A stretch of 64,000 nt of DNA from Candidatus Latescibacterota bacterium (lineage in GTDB: Bacteria; Latescibacterota; UBA2968; UBA8231): assembly GCA_965261395.1 (NCBI GenBank), contig OZ253462.1, forward strand, positions 2,624,001 to 2,688,000, read 5' to 3'. Under the pieces are notes generated by a model. It made no database searches, was not told where the DNA came from, and saw only the letters and a program-made list of their open reading frames with translations. Position numbers and translations under genes: made by a program. Numbering within the stretch: position 1 is the stretch's first letter; every line of letters starts with the position of its first letter. Positions 1-8,325 of the stretch are shown in pieces.

Positions 1-174
1 GAGCGCGCCGTCGATCTGCGGACGGGTGCCTTCTAAGCGCACGGCGCCGAGTGTGCGCTCGGGCGCTTGGTGGGCGTGCAGAACGCGAGGGCCGAGGACC
101 GCACAGGCCACCGATCCCAAGCAATACAGCCAGTTGATCAGCCGAGAGCATACTTCTGTCTTGCGGTTTTGCAT
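1..174 (-). CDS. N-terminal part of a secreted CBM9-like/DUF5916-type protein (runs off window edge)
   Basis: Manual translation from ATG at 174: MQNRKTEVCSRLINWLYCLGSVACAVLGPRVLHAHQAPERTLGAVRLEGTRPQIDGAL; signal-peptide-like start, then AVR..P.IDG.L as in CBM9-like/DUF5916 proteins. Confidence 0.55.
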   Translation of the reverse strand, partial: MQNRKTEVCSRLINWLYCLGSVACAVLGPRVLHAHQAPERTLGAVRLEGTRPQIDGAL

Positions 175-211
175 GTTTTTTTCTGTGTCCTAAGTCGAGG
201 GGGTTGATATT

Positions 212-243
212 CCTGGGGCAGTGGTGGCTGCCACTGCCCCAGG
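212..243. repeat. Perfect 13-bp-stem hairpin in intergenic region
   Basis: CCTGGGGCAGTGG-tggctg-CCACTGCCCCAGG; no U-tract on the - strand side. Confidence 0.75.
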
Positions 244-278
244 TCGGTTTCGCAATGCCACTGCGCGTCAAAGAGCCA

Positions 279-611
279 TTAGCTGAGGAAGCGCAGGAGC
301 GGTATCATCGCGAATACAAAGAGGCTGATGATCGTGTACATCAGTCCTTGGTTGATGATCTCGCGTCGCATAGTGTGGTTGCTCCTTGCGATGAGGTCCT
401 TGGGTGGCTTGGTGAATGTCGCGCAGACCCGCTGCCGTCCGCCCGGTGTGGGCGACAGCGTCCCGCTGTCTAGGCTGCGCCGCAAAGCGGCGAAGCGCTG
501 TCGCGCGTCGATGACCCGGCCGGCCCTGGTCGCAACGCGCATTTTGGCACCGCCGTGGGCAAAGGCCCGAGGGGCGGTGTTGAAGTGTCGTGTTTTCTCG
601 TTGGTCTTCAT
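279..611 (-). CDS. Hypothetical basic protein with one C-terminal transmembrane helix
   Basis: 110 aa ORF ending GLMYTIISLFVFAMIPLLRFLS; lies between a promoter/operator-like region and a hairpin. Confidence 0.55.
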   Translation of the reverse strand: MKTNEKTRHFNTAPRAFAHGGAKMRVATRAGRVIDARQRFAALRRSLDSGTLSPTPGGRQRVCATFTKPPKDLIARSNHTMRREIINQGLMYTIISLFVFAMIPLLRFLS

Positions 612-635
612 TTTTCGCTTCCGCTGTTCTGCTTT

Positions 636-678
636 TTAGTACTGAACAAACGTTCAGCACTAACTAATACAATGTCAA
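636..678 (-). promoter_or_regulatory. Operator-like palindrome with adjacent -35 hexamer upstream of the 110 aa ORF
   Basis: TTAGTACTGAAC-aaac-GTTCAGCACTAA at 636-663 (12-bp arms, one mismatch); TTGACA on - strand at 673-678; no clean -10 found. Confidence 0.55.
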
Positions 679-688
679 GCATTTTCAC

Positions 689-735
689 AAAAAAAGAGGC
701 CGCAGCGCGTTGTCATTTTCGCGCCACGGCCTCTT
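689..735 (-). terminator. Intrinsic terminator
   Basis: - strand AAGAGGCCGTGGCGCG...CGCGCTGCGGCCTC followed by a T7 tract. Confidence 0.7.
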
Positions 736-764
736 GCCACGTTGAGCTCTTGCAAAGAAGAGCT

Positions 765-914
765 TCAGTCGGGGACAGAGCCCCGTCCCCTCGGCGCGAA
801 TTGGGTCTTTTCGAGTTGCACATCGGCAGCTAGACAGGTGCACCCACCATATATATTTTCCCCGGCGGCTATGCGCAGCGTCCCGCGCATGTCGAAGCGA
901 TGTATACCTATCAT
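765..914 (-). CDS. Small 49 aa ORF (not in ORF track)
   Basis: AGGAGG 6 nt upstream of ATG; MIGIHRFDMRGTLRIAAGENIYGGCTCLAADVQLEKTQFAPRGRGSVPD; TTGACA at 1000-1005 upstream; hairpin and terminator downstream. Confidence 0.45.
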   Translation of the reverse strand: MIGIHRFDMRGTLRIAAGENIYGGCTCLAADVQLEKTQFAPRGRGSVPD

Positions 915-1071
915 TTTCATCCTCCTGTGGGCGCTCTTAAAAGCGTCGTGGAGTCTGCCGTTTGCCCTATAAATCTAGTTACGAGGGGGCGTAAAACAGT
1001 GTCAAGGGAATGCAAAAAAAATTTCAAAAAAAGCGGCGCGGGATTAAATCAGGCGCTAGGAGGTCGCGCAA

Positions 1072-1974
1072 TCAGAGGCCGATCCAATAGAGCAGAATCG
1101 ACAGCCCGAGCGGGCTCCACAAAGTCGAGCCGATGAGAATGCCGCCGAGCAGATCGGGGCGCGCGTCAAAGCGGACGGTCAGGATGAGGGCATTGATGGC
1201 CGTAGGCAGGCAGGAGCACAGCAGCAGCACGTCGCGCACCGCGCCCTGCGCGCCGATAAGCAGCGTCAAGCTGATGCCAATCGCCGGCCCCAACAAAACC
1301 TTGGCACCAATGCCGCCGTACAGGGCGACCGAGCTGCGGCCGCGGATGGGGATGCGCGAGACTTGGACTCCGAGGAGAATGATGGCGAGGATCGGGCCAG
1401 CTCTGCCGATCAGATCGGCCGCGTCGAGAACGGAGTCCGGGATCGGTACGGCAAGAGCATTGACGGCCAAGGCCAAGGCCGCGGCATAAATCAGCGGCAG
1501 CTTGAAAATGCTCTTGAACGCTTGCAGCGGACTTTGCCGCCCTCCTGCGGCGATGTAGGTGCCGAGCGACGCGGCCAGAACATTGCCGTACACAAAGAGC
1601 AGCATGACGATCGCCAGCGCCTCGTCGCCAAAGGCGAAGAGCACGACGGGAACGCCATACGAGGCGATGTTGACCGTGGGGAGGGAGAGGGTGACCGCGC
1701 TGCGAGTGGGTTTGTCCCAGCCAGCGAGATGAGCCACGAGCGCAATGACGGGCATGCTGACCAGGTACATCCCAACCTGCCAAGCGAAGGCTTGGGCGGC
1801 CGCCGCACCGGTGACCGGGTGGCGCACCAGCGCCGAAAACATCAAGAAGGGAAGGCAGATGTATATGGCTACATCGGCCAAGGGGGCGGGGTCAATGGAG
1901 CGCCGCCGCCCCAACAGATAGCCGCAACCGATGAGCAGGAAAAGCGGGGCAATGACGTCGAGCAGAAAGGCCAT
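1072..1974 (-). CDS. AEC (auxin efflux carrier/malate permease) family transporter
   Basis: About 10 hydrophobic segments; P.LMFS, N...YG.P, LILLG and PTA motifs of the AEC family. Confidence 0.85.
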   Translation of the reverse strand: MAFLLDVIAPLFLLIGCGYLLGRRRSIDPAPLADVAIYICLPFLMFSALVRHPVTGAAAAQAFAWQVGMYLVSMPVIALVAHLAGWDKPTRSAVTLSLPTVNIASYGVPVVLFAFGDEALAIVMLLFVYGNVLAASLGTYIAAGGRQSPLQAFKSIFKLPLIYAAALALAVNALAVPIPDSVLDAADLIGRAGPILAIILLGVQVSRIPIRGRSSVALYGGIGAKVLLGPAIGISLTLLIGAQGAVRDVLLLCSCLPTAINALILTVRFDARPDLLGGILIGSTLWSPLGLSILLYWIGL

Positions 1975-2010
1975 TACCGCAAAAGGCGGCAGGCGTGGGC
2001 AGGGCCGATG

Positions 2011-3084
2011 TTACACCTGCTCTTCCCGGCCCGAAGCGGCCGAGCGGTACGCTGCGTCGAGCATTTCCACCCCGCGCATGGCCGCTTCGCCCGGGGTCCA
2101 GTTGACGTCGGTTTTGCCCAAGATCAGGTCGGCAAAGTTGTTGGGCGGACCATCGCACTCGTAGGCCCCCGCGTCCTCGGCGACCGCCTCGACGACGTGT
2201 TGGCCGTCGTGGCGGCGCAGGTGCATGCGGGCGCGCTCGCAATCAATGAGCAGCATGCCCTCCGAGCCGAACAGGCGCAGATCGACCTGAAAGGTCTGGT
2301 CTGTGGGCACGGTACCAGCACCGCTGACCGTGCCGACGGCCCCCGAAGTAAAGCGCACCGTCAGCGCGTCGTACAGCTCAACCTCGGCCCCGGGCGCGCT
2401 CATGGCGGCAAAGACGCGCTCGGCGCGCAGGCCGGACAGCCAAAACAGCAGCCCCGAGGAGTGCGATATTTGCGCGTGGGCGTAGCCGCCGTCGGCTATG
2501 GCGGGATCGGCCCAAGTGGAAGGCGTGGGGCCGAAGAGGCTGGCACTGTCCTGCCCGGAAATGTCCGAGACATCCACCTCTTCCCCCGAAAGCAGGGCGC
2601 GGATCGGCGAGGCCATGTGGCAGAGCGCGAATTCGATCTCGCCGATGGCTTGGTCGTCCATCAGCGCCTTGGCCCGCTGGATAAAAGGCTTGTGGTGCCA
2701 GCCATAGGGCACGAGCAGGTGACGGTCCCGCGCGGCGGCGAGGCGCACCAATTCGCGCGCGGCGGCAGCGCGGGTAGTCAGGGGTTTTTCGCACATCACG
2801 TGCAGACCCGCCTCCAAAGCGGCGCGCGCGTGTTCGTGGTGCAGGGTGTGCGGCGAGGCTACGACGACTCCGTCGAGTTCGCAGTGGGCCAATAGCTCTC
2901 GGTAGTCCTGGGTGGCAAACGCGAATCCGAAGTGGTCCCGCACCTGCTCTAGCTCGGTCTGGCCCAAGCGGCAGACGGCCGTCAGTTCGACGTCGTCGCG
3001 GGCGGCAAAAACGGGCATGTGGTTGCTGGTGGCCCACCAGCCAGCGCCGATAAATCCCAGGCGCACTTTGTCTTGGGTACTCAT
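2011..3084 (-). CDS. Gfo/Idh/MocA family oxidoreductase
   Basis: GFIGAG Rossmann motif, HVMCEKP; start set at MSTQDK after AAGGAG. Confidence 0.9.
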   Translation of the reverse strand: MSTQDKVRLGFIGAGWWATSNHMPVFAARDDVELTAVCRLGQTELEQVRDHFGFAFATQDYRELLAHCELDGVVVASPHTLHHEHARAALEAGLHVMCEKPLTTRAAAARELVRLAAARDRHLLVPYGWHHKPFIQRAKALMDDQAIGEIEFALCHMASPIRALLSGEEVDVSDISGQDSASLFGPTPSTWADPAIADGGYAHAQISHSSGLLFWLSGLRAERVFAAMSAPGAEVELYDALTVRFTSGAVGTVSGAGTVPTDQTFQVDLRLFGSEGMLLIDCERARMHLRRHDGQHVVEAVAEDAGAYECDGPPNNFADLILGKTDVNWTPGEAAMRGVEMLDAAYRSAASGREEQV

Positions 3085-3380
3085 GGGCGATTGCTCCTTG
3101 GTTGGAGCGGCTAATGTAGGAGCGAGCGATTGGCGGATCAAGTGCAATGGTACCTGATGTTGTGCACAGCGAAGCGGAGTCGAAACATCTCATCCCTACG
3201 TGGCCTGTGAGTAACATCACAAATTAATTTGCCCACCGGCTTATTTTTTTCCTTTAATTATCTGACTTACGCACGAGTCCCTTATCGACGATTGACGCCT
3301 GACCATTCGCACGTCTGCCTTAGCTATCGCTCTAACTTTCATATCCCTATTATACCTCTCATCCACAAGGAAGGAAGGAA

Positions 3381-4136
3381 ATGGCTGCCCCTATAGCGCT
3401 TCAGCTCTACACGGTCCGCGACGCCCTCGCTCGCAACTTCAAGTCCGTGGTCACCCGGATTGCCGAGATAGGGTACGTAGGAGTCGAGACAGCCGGATTC
3501 CCCGGCATCGGAGTAGATGAAGCCAGCGACCTATTTGCCGATCTGGGGTTAGACGTATGCAGCATGCATACGCAACTGCCCTTGGGCAAACAAAAAAACC
3601 AAGTCATCGAACTGGCCCTCGAGTTGGAAGCCACCCGCATAGTGTCTTCCACGCCGCGCGATGCCTTCGCCAGCGCAGACGCGCTCAAGGCGCTTTGCGA
3701 CCGCTGGAACCAAGCCGCCGAGATCGCCGCCGAGAATGGATTGGAACTGGGCCTGCACAACCACTGGTGGGAGTTCCAAGAAGTGGAAGGGCGTCCGGGC
3801 TTCGAGCACCTAGTCGACGCGCTCGACGAGTCCATCTTCTTTCAGGTAGATACCTATTGGGTCAATACCGGCGGCGGCGACTCGGTGCAGGTCGTCGAGG
3901 CGTTGGGCGAGCGCGCGCCGCTTCTGCACATCAAAGACGGCCCGTGCGACCCCGCGCAGGACATGCTCGCCGTCGGCGAGGGAGCCATGGATTTCCCGCC
4001 CATTATCGAGGCCAGCCACGGTACCTGCGACTGGCTGATCGTCGAGTTGGACCGCTGTGCGACCGATATGATGGAAGCCGTAGAAAAGAGTTATCAATAC
4101 CTCGTTGGCAACGAGCTGGCGCGCGGTGCCAGATAA
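3381..4136 (+). CDS. Sugar phosphate isomerase/epimerase (xylose isomerase-like TIM barrel)
   Basis: LQLYTVRD, HNHWWEF, DTYW, HIKD, VELD motifs. Confidence 0.9.
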   Translation: MAAPIALQLYTVRDALARNFKSVVTRIAEIGYVGVETAGFPGIGVDEASDLFADLGLDVCSMHTQLPLGKQKNQVIELALELEATRIVSSTPRDAFASADALKALCDRWNQAAEIAAENGLELGLHNHWWEFQEVEGRPGFEHLVDALDESIFFQVDTYWVNTGGGDSVQVVEALGERAPLLHIKDGPCDPAQDMLAVGEGAMDFPPIIEASHGTCDWLIVELDRCATDMMEAVEKSYQYLVGNELARGAR

Positions 4137-4151
4137 CGCAAAAGGAGCGTC

Positions 4152-4802
4152 ATGGCAAAGAAAGCAATTATGGTTTGGGGCGGCTGGGAGGGGCATGAGC
4201 CCAAGCAGTGCGTCGATATTTTCGCGCCCATTTTAGAACAAGAAGGGTTTGCGGTAACTCTTTCGGACACCCTCGACGCGTACAAAGACCGCGACCTAAT
4301 GGCCGAGCAGGATCTCATAGTGCCAGCGTGGACGATGGGCCAGATTGAAGGAGAGCAGGAACAAGGGCTGCTCGCGGCTGTTGATCGCGGTGCCGGTGTA
4401 GCGGGCTGGCACGGCTGCATGGCCGATTCGTTCCGCAACAATACTACCTATCAATTCATGGTCGGCGGCCAGTTTGTCGCCCATCCAGACGGCATCATCG
4501 ACTACACGGTCAACATCGCGGCCCCAGATGACCCCATCGTCGCCGGCCTAGACGACTTTCAAATGCACTCCGAGCAGTACTACATGCACACCGACCCAGG
4601 CAATCAAGTGCTCGCCACCACGACTCTAGAGGGCCGCCAGAGTGCGTCTTGGGTCAACGGGACGGTCATGCCGGTGGTGTGGAAGCGCGCGTGGGGAGCG
4701 GGTCGGGTATTCTATTCGTCCCTAGGCCACGTAGCGCGAGATTTCGACGTGCCCGAAGCGCGTGAAATCCAGCGACGCGGCATGCTATGGGCCAGCCGCT
4801 GA
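4152..4802 (+). CDS. ThuA-like (trehalose utilisation, class I GATase-like) protein
   Basis: [38 protein letters not shown]. Confidence 0.9.
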   Translation: MAKKAIMVWGGWEGHEPKQCVDIFAPILEQEGFAVTLSDTLDAYKDRDLMAEQDLIVPAWTMGQIEGEQEQGLLAAVDRGAGVAGWHGCMADSFRNNTTYQFMVGGQFVAHPDGIIDYTVNIAAPDDPIVAGLDDFQMHSEQYYMHTDPGNQVLATTTLEGRQSASWVNGTVMPVVWKRAWGAGRVFYSSLGHVARDFDVPEAREIQRRGMLWASR

Positions 4803-4814
4803 GGGGGTCGCGCT

Positions 4815-4934
4815 ATGAAGTTCCGCAAAAGCCTCCCCTCGCAGGCGTGTCTCTTTTGGAGCCTCGGGCTGGCGGTGGGCCTCCTCTTGGTCGTTCTGAC
4901 GTGGTGGCTTGTAAACCGGCTGTCTGAGGAGTGA
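4815..4934 (+). CDS. Small 39 aa single-TM membrane protein (not in ORF track)
   Basis: MKFRKSLPSQACLFWSLGLAVGLLLVVLTWWLVNRLSEE; GAGGGG upstream; TGATG overlap with the next gene. Confidence 0.55.
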   Translation: MKFRKSLPSQACLFWSLGLAVGLLLVVLTWWLVNRLSEE

Positions 4935-5656
4935 TGGGTCGCAAGAAAGTGCTAATTACAGGGGCGGCCGGCCGCATTGGCGAAGTATTACACCAAGGGC
5001 TGCGGGAGTGCTGCGACCTGCGGCTGCTGTATCACCGCACGGTGCGGGAGGCCGCCGCAGGCGAGGAGGTCGCCCGCGGCAGTGTTGCCGATCTAGCCAC
5101 TATGGCCGCCGCAGTCGCCGGCGTCGATGCGGTAGTCCACCTCGCCGGCGACCCAGAAGTTAGTGCCACCTGGGAGTCGGTACTCGAAAAGAACATCCAA
5201 GGCGTATACTGCACGTATGAAGCCTGCAAAAACGCCGGCGTCAAACGGGTCGTCTTCGCCAGCACCAATCACGTGACCGGCTTTTACGAGCAAGAAGGGA
5301 TGTACACCACGCCGGAGATGCCCGTGCGGCCCGACAGCCTGTACGGAGCTAGTAAGGCATTCGGAGAAAGTCTGGGACGCTACTATGTAGATCGCTATGG
5401 TTTGGAGGTCGTATGCCTGCGCATCGGCTCGTTCCAGCCGGATTCGGCGGTCGTCGAGCGCCGAAGCGACCGAATTCTCTCCACCTGGCTGAGCCACCGC
5501 GACTGCGTGCATCTCGTGCAGCGCTCCATTGAGGCCGACGTGCGCTACGGAATCTACTACGGAATCTCGGGCAATACCCGCGCCTACTGGGACCTCCAAA
5601 ACGCCCGTCGAGAACTTGGCTACACCCCCCAAGACAACTCCGAGCACTTGGTCTAA
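4934..5656 (+). CDS. NAD-dependent epimerase/dehydratase, uronate dehydrogenase-like
   Basis: TGAAGRIG, ASTNH, YGASK, LRIGS, TWLS.RD. Confidence 0.85.
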   Translation: MGRKKVLITGAAGRIGEVLHQGLRECCDLRLLYHRTVREAAAGEEVARGSVADLATMAAAVAGVDAVVHLAGDPEVSATWESVLEKNIQGVYCTYEACKNAGVKRVVFASTNHVTGFYEQEGMYTTPEMPVRPDSLYGASKAFGESLGRYYVDRYGLEVVCLRIGSFQPDSAVVERRSDRILSTWLSHRDCVHLVQRSIEADVRYGIYYGISGNTRAYWDLQNARRELGYTPQDNSEHLV

Positions 5657-5706
5657 GTGGATAGTGGATAGCATCTAACCGCTATCCACTATTCGCTTTT
5701 CTTTCT
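5657..5706 (+). terminator. Intrinsic terminator between convergent operons
   Basis: ATAGTGGATAGC-atctaacc-GCTATCCACTAT stem followed by TTTTCTTTCT. Confidence 0.7.
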
Positions 5707-5853
5707 CAATCCCCGCCAAAAATATTCCAGCAGACGCAAACATATACGGACTACGTCCCGCAGGATATATAGCCCCAAACAGACGCCGAAGAAGGAGGCG
5801 ACTCGCGGGTCGAAGGCTAGTTCGACGATGCGGTCGAGTAGGGCGGGGATCAC
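5689..5853 (-). CDS. Small 54 aa hydrophobic protein (not in ORF track)
   Basis: GTG overlapping the upstream TGA (GTGA); MIPALLDRIVELAFDPRVASFFGVCLGLYILRDVVRICLRLLEYFWRGLRKKSE. Confidence 0.5.
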   Translation of the reverse strand: MIPALLDRIVELAFDPRVASFFGVCLGLYILRDVVRICLRLLEYFWRGLRKKSE

Positions 5854-6032
5854 GTTGTATCCACCTGCTCATAGCAGGGACAGGCGCGCACCGGTAGGCG
5901 GGGATATTGGTCCAAGCGCGGGTCGGTGGCAGCGCGGCGACACAGATAGAACACCGAGCCGCGCCCGGACTCTACGGGGCGTACGTGACGGCAGCGGGCG
6001 CACAAGCCGATTTCAGGCGGCAATTCTACCAA
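5850..6032 (-). CDS. Small Cys-rich, probably Zn-binding hypothetical protein
   Basis: CARC..GSVFYLC..DP...YPRLPV..C; overlaps the purM stop. Confidence 0.7.
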   Translation of the reverse strand: MVELPPEIGLCARCRHVRPVESGRGSVFYLCRRAATDPRLDQYPRLPVRACPCYEQVDTT

Positions 6033-7063
6033 GCGAGCGACCCCTGCAATGCGACCTCTTGCTCGCCAGAGACGATTTCCCCGAGCCGATAGGCTTGGCA
6101 GTCTTGGTCCGCTACGTAGGCCAGCACCTGTTCCACGGCCTCGGGTGCGACCACCAGCGCCATACCCACACCCATATTGAATGTGCGCAGCATGTCCGCG
6201 TCCTCTAGATCGCCAGCTTCGTGCAAGGTGCGGAAGACCGGCGGGATCTGCAGGGCTGCCAAGTCGAGTTGGGCGTTGAAGCCCGGCGGCAAGATGCGAC
6301 TGATGTTGTCGCGGAGGCCGCCGCCGGTGATGTGGGCCATGCCGTGGAGTCTAGAGTCGGTAAAAAGGCCGCGCACGGCATGCAAGTAACAGGTATGGGG
6401 CTTGAGCACCGCTTCGAGGAAGGATTCGCCGGCCACGTCTGCGGCGAGCAGATCGGGTTGCCGGTCTAAGAGGGCGCGGACCAAGGTGTAGCCATTGGTG
6501 TGCAAGCCGTTGGAAGCGAGCGCCACAACCTGATCGCCGGCCTTGATCGCCCGACCGTCGATAATATTGTCCTTATCGACGACGCCGATGACGCTGGCGG
6601 TCAGCACGTAGAGGCCGTCGGGGACCACGCCGGGCTGCACTGAGGTCTCGCCGCCGGTCAGGGTGCAGTCCTGTTGACGGCAGGCGTCGGCCAAGGCGTC
6701 CACGAGGTCGTTGACGATGGCTCCCTCCATCGTGCCGCAGACGATGACGTCCTGGATCGAAATCGGCTCGGCACCCATGACGATGATATCGTCGATGAGG
6801 TGGTGGACCATGTCGTAGCAGACCCCGCGATGGCGGCCGTGGGCAAAAGCCAACTTCTGCTTGGACCCAGGCTCCTCGCTCTTGTGCACCAGCACCGGAT
6901 GTGCGTATCCGGGGAAGCGGGCGTCGAGCAGGGTGGCGAACGCGCCAATCCGGTTGAGCACGCGCGGGTCTGCGGTTTCCATGCTCGCGGCCATGGCGCG
7001 CTTGGCGGCATCGGTCTGGTCTATATCGACGCCGGTGCTGGCGTAGGAGAGGCGTTGGCTCAT
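6026..7063 (-). CDS. purM: Phosphoribosylformylglycinamidine cyclo-ligase (AIR synthase)
   Basis: Y..TGVDI, GGET, SNGLHTNGY, HITGGG, RTFNMGVGM. Confidence 0.95.
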   Translation of the reverse strand: MSQRLSYASTGVDIDQTDAAKRAMAASMETADPRVLNRIGAFATLLDARFPGYAHPVLVHKSEEPGSKQKLAFAHGRHRGVCYDMVHHLIDDIIVMGAEPISIQDVIVCGTMEGAIVNDLVDALADACRQQDCTLTGGETSVQPGVVPDGLYVLTASVIGVVDKDNIIDGRAIKAGDQVVALASNGLHTNGYTLVRALLDRQPDLLAADVAGESFLEAVLKPHTCYLHAVRGLFTDSRLHGMAHITGGGLRDNISRILPPGFNAQLDLAALQIPPVFRTLHEAGDLEDADMLRTFNMGVGMALVVAPEAVEQVLAYVADQDCQAYRLGEIVSGEQEVALQGSLAW

Positions 7064-8232
7064 GGGGTTCCTTTCTGTTCCATCAAATCGGGGATCAACT
7101 CGACGCCCAACCCCGGCCCGGGCGGAGCGTGCAGGCAGCCCTGCTGGTAGGTCAAGCGCGGTGTGACAACATCGCTCGCCAACAGGCCCGGGCCGACCAA
7201 ATCCGAAGGCGCGCAGACGGCTTTGGTGGCCACGCCAAGATGCACGGCTGCGGCCGTGCCAATGCCGAGCTCGACCGTGCTGCCGAGCAGGACGGGTACG
7301 CCAGCGGCCGCGGCGAGTTGGCTCAGCCGCTGGGCGCGGTGCAGGCTGCCGGCTTGGACGGGTGCGACGTTGAAGGCATCCACGGCCCGGTGGCGCAAGA
7401 GGGCGAGGGCAAACGAGTCGTCAAAATCGGCGACGTGTTCGATGAGGGCGGCGGGCACGGCTGCGCGCACCCTCGCCAAGGCCAAGGCTGCGGAGTCTGG
7501 GTCGGCATTGACCTGTTCGGGATGGTCCTTGGCCACTTTGCGGGCGACGCATTGGATCGGCGTCTCCACCGCATCTACGCCCAGCGCGGCCAGTTCGCGG
7601 ATCCGCTCGATGGCCTCCTCTTCTTCCCACGCGCCCGAAGCATCGGCCTTGAGGTACGCATCCGGGCCGACGATCCGGCGGCAGACGCGGACGCGCTCGC
7701 AGTCGAGGTCAAAGTCGGCCCCCACCTTGAGCTTGAAGGCCCTAAAGCCCGCGGCGACCTTTTCCTGAATTTCTTCTGCCATCTCATCTGCACCGCGGAT
7801 GTACGCGACCCAGGAGATGGGCAGCGCATCCCGGTACTGGCCGCCTAGGAGCGCGTAGGCCGGAGCGTTGTAATACTTGCCCGCGAGATCAATCAGGGCC
7901 ATTTCCACGGCTGCACTGACGAGCCGGCGGAATTCCGGGTGGTCGCTGGCGGGCAGCGCCTCGGCGACGCGCTCCCAAGCGACGAGGCGTTTGCGCGGAT
8001 CAGCACCGGCCAACAGAGGCGTCAAGGTATCGCGGAGGATCGCTGGCGACGGCGCTCGCCACGCATCCTCTAGGTCCGAGATTTCGCCGAGACCGCGCAG
8101 GCCGGTATTGGTCTCGAGTTCCAGCACGTAGTAGCGCGAGGAATTCTTGCTGTGGCCGCCCGTGGGGGCTACGTGGGTGTGGTACACGCGGGATACGACG
8201 ACCGAGTAAACGCGGATGTGGCAGATGTGCAT
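7060..8232 (-). CDS. Mandelate racemase/muconate lactonizing enzyme superfamily protein, atypical active site
   Basis: GLGE capping domain, EMALIDL.GK, FKLKV, DAS/ETP, P.GPGLGVE. Confidence 0.85.
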   Translation of the reverse strand: MHICHIRVYSVVVSRVYHTHVAPTGGHSKNSSRYYVLELETNTGLRGLGEISDLEDAWRAPSPAILRDTLTPLLAGADPRKRLVAWERVAEALPASDHPEFRRLVSAAVEMALIDLAGKYYNAPAYALLGGQYRDALPISWVAYIRGADEMAEEIQEKVAAGFRAFKLKVGADFDLDCERVRVCRRIVGPDAYLKADASGAWEEEEAIERIRELAALGVDAVETPIQCVARKVAKDHPEQVNADPDSAALALARVRAAVPAALIEHVADFDDSFALALLRHRAVDAFNVAPVQAGSLHRAQRLSQLAAAAGVPVLLGSTVELGIGTAAAVHLGVATKAVCAPSDLVGPGLLASDVVTPRLTYQQGCLHAPPGPGLGVELIPDLMEQKGTP

Positions 8233-8325
8233 AAGGCGACTCGGGAAAGGTGAATGGCCGGATTGTACGGCTGGCCCTCAGCTAAGTCAACCGTATATTA
8301 TTCAACATCTTAACAGGAGTGCCGG

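Noticed and set aside
1363-2895. 510 aa + strand ORF and many other long shadow ORFs
   Set aside because: Antisense to well-supported genes; no motifs; expected in GC-rich DNA
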